This document shows, in pieces, positions 60,799-64,000 of a DNA stretch of 64,000 nucleotides (positions within the stretch are counted from its first letter, which is position 1; every line of letters begins with the position of its first letter). The stretch comes from Vitrella brassicaformis CCMP3155 (lineage: Eukaryota > Protista > Chromerida), in contig CDMY01000189.1 of NCBI GenBank assembly GCA_001179505.1, positions 109,616 to 173,615 of the forward strand. Reading direction: 5' to 3'. The notes beneath the pieces were generated by a model. It worked only from the letters and a program-made list of their open reading frames with translations, did not search any database and was not told where the DNA came from. Made by a program: the position numbers and the translations under genes.

Positions 60799-62149
60799 TC
60801 ACTCGGCTGCTGGAGGCACGCGCAGCTGCACCACCCTCTCGCCCCCCTCCCCCTCCAAAACCCTCAGCCTCTCATCCACATGAAGAACAGTCACCTTACG
60901 ATCTCCACTGACCCACAAGCCGGTCTCCGAACCACCCCACCTGACACTGGCCCTCTCCTCGGTGGTAGTAAAGCCCTTGGGCGTGATTCCTCTTGAAGGG
61001 TCGTCCTCACTGAGCGAGCTGCGGGCAATGACACTCGCCCCCGGCCAGCTTCTGAACTCGGTGCGGGTCTCAAGGGTGGATGTCGCTGTGTCCCAGGTCT
61101 GGAAGGTGCGGGCCCATGGCGAGAGGACGGTCTGCCACAGAGGTCCTGAGCTCCACACATTCTCTCGCTCGCCGTCGAGTGCAGTCCGGTCGAAGCGTGT
61201 GGGGTTGCGTGCGAGAAGGCCGACAAGGCCCTCGATCTCTCGTGAACGACCTGCATCAGCGTCCCCACTCCTCCCCGACGCCAGCAGGTCCGCCAGCCGT
61301 CGGCTCCACCGCTCTGTCGGCCGCTGAGTGCCCCACTCTGACGGAGCTTCTGGCCTCCTCGTCCAGATGAATGTCGCGCCTCTACTGTCCTGCACACACA
61401 CACACACACACACACACACGAAGAGCGGTATGGATGCACTTTCTTGCTCCCCCCAATCAGTCAGTCCCTCCCTCACCCTCCTCCCTTACCCTTGATACCC
61501 TGAAGTCACTGTCGAGGTAGACATTGTCGAACCACCCACTAAAGGGGAGAGGGAGCGCCACCTCAGGCAGGCCGCGGACCGAAGTGACGGCCCTGCTGAA
61601 CTTGATGGCCACACGCGGCCCAGACTCCTGCGGCTCGGCGTCAACGAACAGCCGGACAGAGGACTGTGTGTCGTTGTAGAGCAGCACCGTGGTCACCCTG
61701 CACTGCTCGCCGGACGTGTCGATCTCCTGGTAGGCCGTCGTTGCCCTCGAGTAGAGCGGGTTGGAGAGGAGGGCGAGCGCCTCAGCGTCGTTGTTCCAAC
61801 AGAATTGCCACACCCCGTCCAGCAGGGCAGAGCTGGCACTGTCCGCAACTGGGGAGATGGACGCCAGCTCATCAGCAACAGCGAGGATGCGGCTCGTCAC
61901 ATCGGCCGCCCGCACTTGGCCCTGTTCTGCCTCTTCAGACAGCCTCAGCAGCTCTTTCTTGAGTAGATCTGGCGGCCGTGAGGACCTCCGTGCCGCCACA
62001 GCCGGTGATGCGAGAGTGGCCTTGCTTGGCGTGGGAGATGGGCGACGTGATGGGTATCGATGGTTGGCTGAAAGTGATGAGGGGTGGAGGAATGCGGACG
62101 CGGCAGATGCGTCCAGGAGGAAGGCAATAAAGAGGAGGAGCAGCTCCAT
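60799..62149 (-). CDS. Plastid lipid-associated protein/fibrillin with two tandem domains
   Basis: Leader MELLLLFIAFLLDASAASAFL (ASAF motif); LKKELL...ADEL...LLDGVWQF; GWFDNVYLDSDFRVSR|DSRGATFI. A second degenerate repeat ends VTVLHVDERLRV. Exons 62149-61490 and 61389-60799. Confidence 0.8.
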
Positions 62150-62298
62150 TCGAGAGAGATCCGCTGGTCAGTGGATTAGGGTCAAGGGTTTGAAACCCTC
62201 CAGAAAGCTAAATATACAGGCAAAGTGGCAGTCAGTAAGGCAGTCAGTCACTCGTGGGTGGGATGGCTCATCCGTCCATCCATCCATCCGGTCGGCTG

Positions 62299-63506
62299 TC
62301 AAGCCAGGTAGTACCGAAGTGCACTGAACATATCTCTGAGGTGGCAGGGGTACACCTCAGATGAAAACCCGTCGCCTCCCTCCTTGTAATAACGCACCTG
62401 CACAATGAAAGCCAACAGACAGACAACAACCAGCACAGCAACCAATGCCTGGCTCGGGCTGTCTGTCTGTCCGTCTGTCTCATTTGCTATACCACCCCTC
62501 CCTCCCTCCCACCCTGTATCTGGCGTCAGATCCACATCTGTCCACAGTCCAGAACTCCTCGCACAGCAGTGTCACATCCTGCACCGACACACACACACAG
62601 CACAGCACACAGTGCAGAAGGCGCCGGTATGTCGTTTGATTGATCTGTGTGTGGCTCTGCTCTGGTGCCTGCCTTTGGCCTGAGTATGCTCAGATTGAGT
62701 GGCTTTGCGTTCTTCTCGACCGTCTTGAGCACTCGCGGCCGAGGACAGGAAGCCATGTACGTTACCTCAACATTCTGAACCTGCAGACAGACACGCGCAC
62801 ACACAGAAAACACACTCACACTCGACCGACATGCAGCCCAGCCGCCCTCTCTATCACCTTGTAGAGCGATTGCCTGAACAGAGCCCTCCTTATCTCATCC
62901 TTGACGGCCCTGACCTTGTCCATGTAGAGCCCAATGGTCTCGAAGCTCAGCATGTACCGCGGCGACAGATCCACTCCCTCCAGCACCTCGGGCGGCGGCC
63001 GACCCTTGCTGTAGTTGTCTCTAATCCACTCTGCCGTCCGGAAGGCGGGGAACTCCATTGCGTCAGCCAGCTCAGATGCTGACGCAGAGAAACAACAAAT
63101 CTAGTCTGTCTTGATCTGTCCGAGATCTGGTCTCTGCCGTGCCTGGGATGAGCAGTGGGCGGTCAATGAGCCCGTCATTCTTAGCCGCGTCTGCGAGCTT
63201 GGGTCGCGAGAGGAAGAGCACGATCTGAGGAGTGCTGTGAGCGAAAAGGCCGGTGAGGACCTTTCCTGTAGTTAGCTGAATAGAGGATCTGCTGGGCGGT
63301 AAGTCCCAGAATAAGAGTGCTTTTACCTTAGTAAGACCGATGGACTGGCCAGTGAAAGTTGTTTTTGTCCATGTATGGCACCATGAAGAGTGGTCAACAC
63401 AGATCCCACTTCGGTGATGGCTGATAAGATCGTGTCTCCTCAGAATGCTTTCCTTCTCTTTCCTTATCTTCTCCTCTTCCACCTCTCTCTCTCCGTTACA
63501 CAGCAA
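62299..63506 (-). CDS. Hypothetical protein, 5' end unresolved
   Basis: In-frame spliceable exons ...AMEFPAFRTAEWIRDNY...SLYK | VQNVEVTYMASCP... | DVTLLCEEFWTVDRC... | VRYYKEGG...RYYLA*. Confidence 0.5.
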
Positions 63507-64000
63507 TCTACCCTAGCTCACAAGCTCGCAGTGGTTCGTCTTGCCAAGCTGGCAATCCTGACACCCCCTCTCAAGACGAACCATCACGGCGTGTACTCAA
63601 GTAAAGAAAATCACGAAGAAAGCATAAAGGCATCCAGAAAATGACCATTGGGTAGCGAACGCACACACACAGTGGACAAGTGGACAGATCAGCATAAGCA
63701 TGAGCACGAATGGTGTGGTGTGTGCACAGATGGAACAGTTACAGCATATCACAACACATCCACGATGGCCTTCCTTCCCAAGTGACCACAACACACCAAG
63801 GAGGTACACAGATGCAGACTCATTCATCCCTTGTTGCCCTTCCACGTTTCAACAAACTCACTGCCATCTAACCCTGCCTGTAACTCTCTCACTCAGGTAC
63901 TTGTGCGCTTCACGCCCAAGTCCCTTCGTGAGTATGTCAGCTATGTTCTCACTGGTACGTACGTATCGAACAGCGAGAAAGCCTGACTGAACTAGCTGAC

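Larger units (their letters stand above)
1..64000. repeat. Pervasive intronic/UTR microsatellites: (CA/TG)n, (CT/AG)n, (CTGT/ACAG)n, (GGAT/ATCC)n
   Basis: Seen in most introns, e.g. 3863-3900, 13273-13322, 22087-22172 and 59777-59830. Confidence 0.95.

Noticed and set aside
1-64000. Many long ORFs rich in CVCVC, THTHT, DRQTD or MDGWMDG, and long antisense ORFs
   Set aside because: They are translations of intronic microsatellites, or shadows of GC-rich coding sequence on the other strand or frame.

Overview
This is a gene-dense, GC-rich, intron-rich eukaryotic window. It is most likely from a chromerid/alveolate alga such as Vitrella brassicaformis, inferred from CA/GT/CTGT/GGAT microsatellite-filled introns, ASAF-type bipartite plastid leaders and an HPR-like protein. 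I can support about 22 spliced protein-coding genes: an HPR-like protein, PAF1, DPY-30, a membrane protein fused to a DUF3431-like domain, a secreted GMC oxidoreductase, AP-5 mu, two inverted paralogous type I membrane proteins flanking a RINGv ligase, a coiled-coil protein, a TMEM69-like protein, a patatin, a small Cys/His protein, a multipass membrane protein, a PfkB kinase, a cytidine-deaminase-fold protein, a C2-domain protein, a tandem fibrillin and several hypotheticals. There are four 300-N assembly gaps. I found no rRNA, tRNA, CRISPR array or recognisable transposase. The most interesting item is a 7-exon minus-strand gene (49499-52046) that joins a CAE...PCxxC zinc deaminase domain to a RanBP2-type zinc finger and a winged-helix-like C-terminus, making it a candidate nucleic-acid-editing deaminase. 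Gene models were spliced by hand and family calls come from motif recognition, not database searches.
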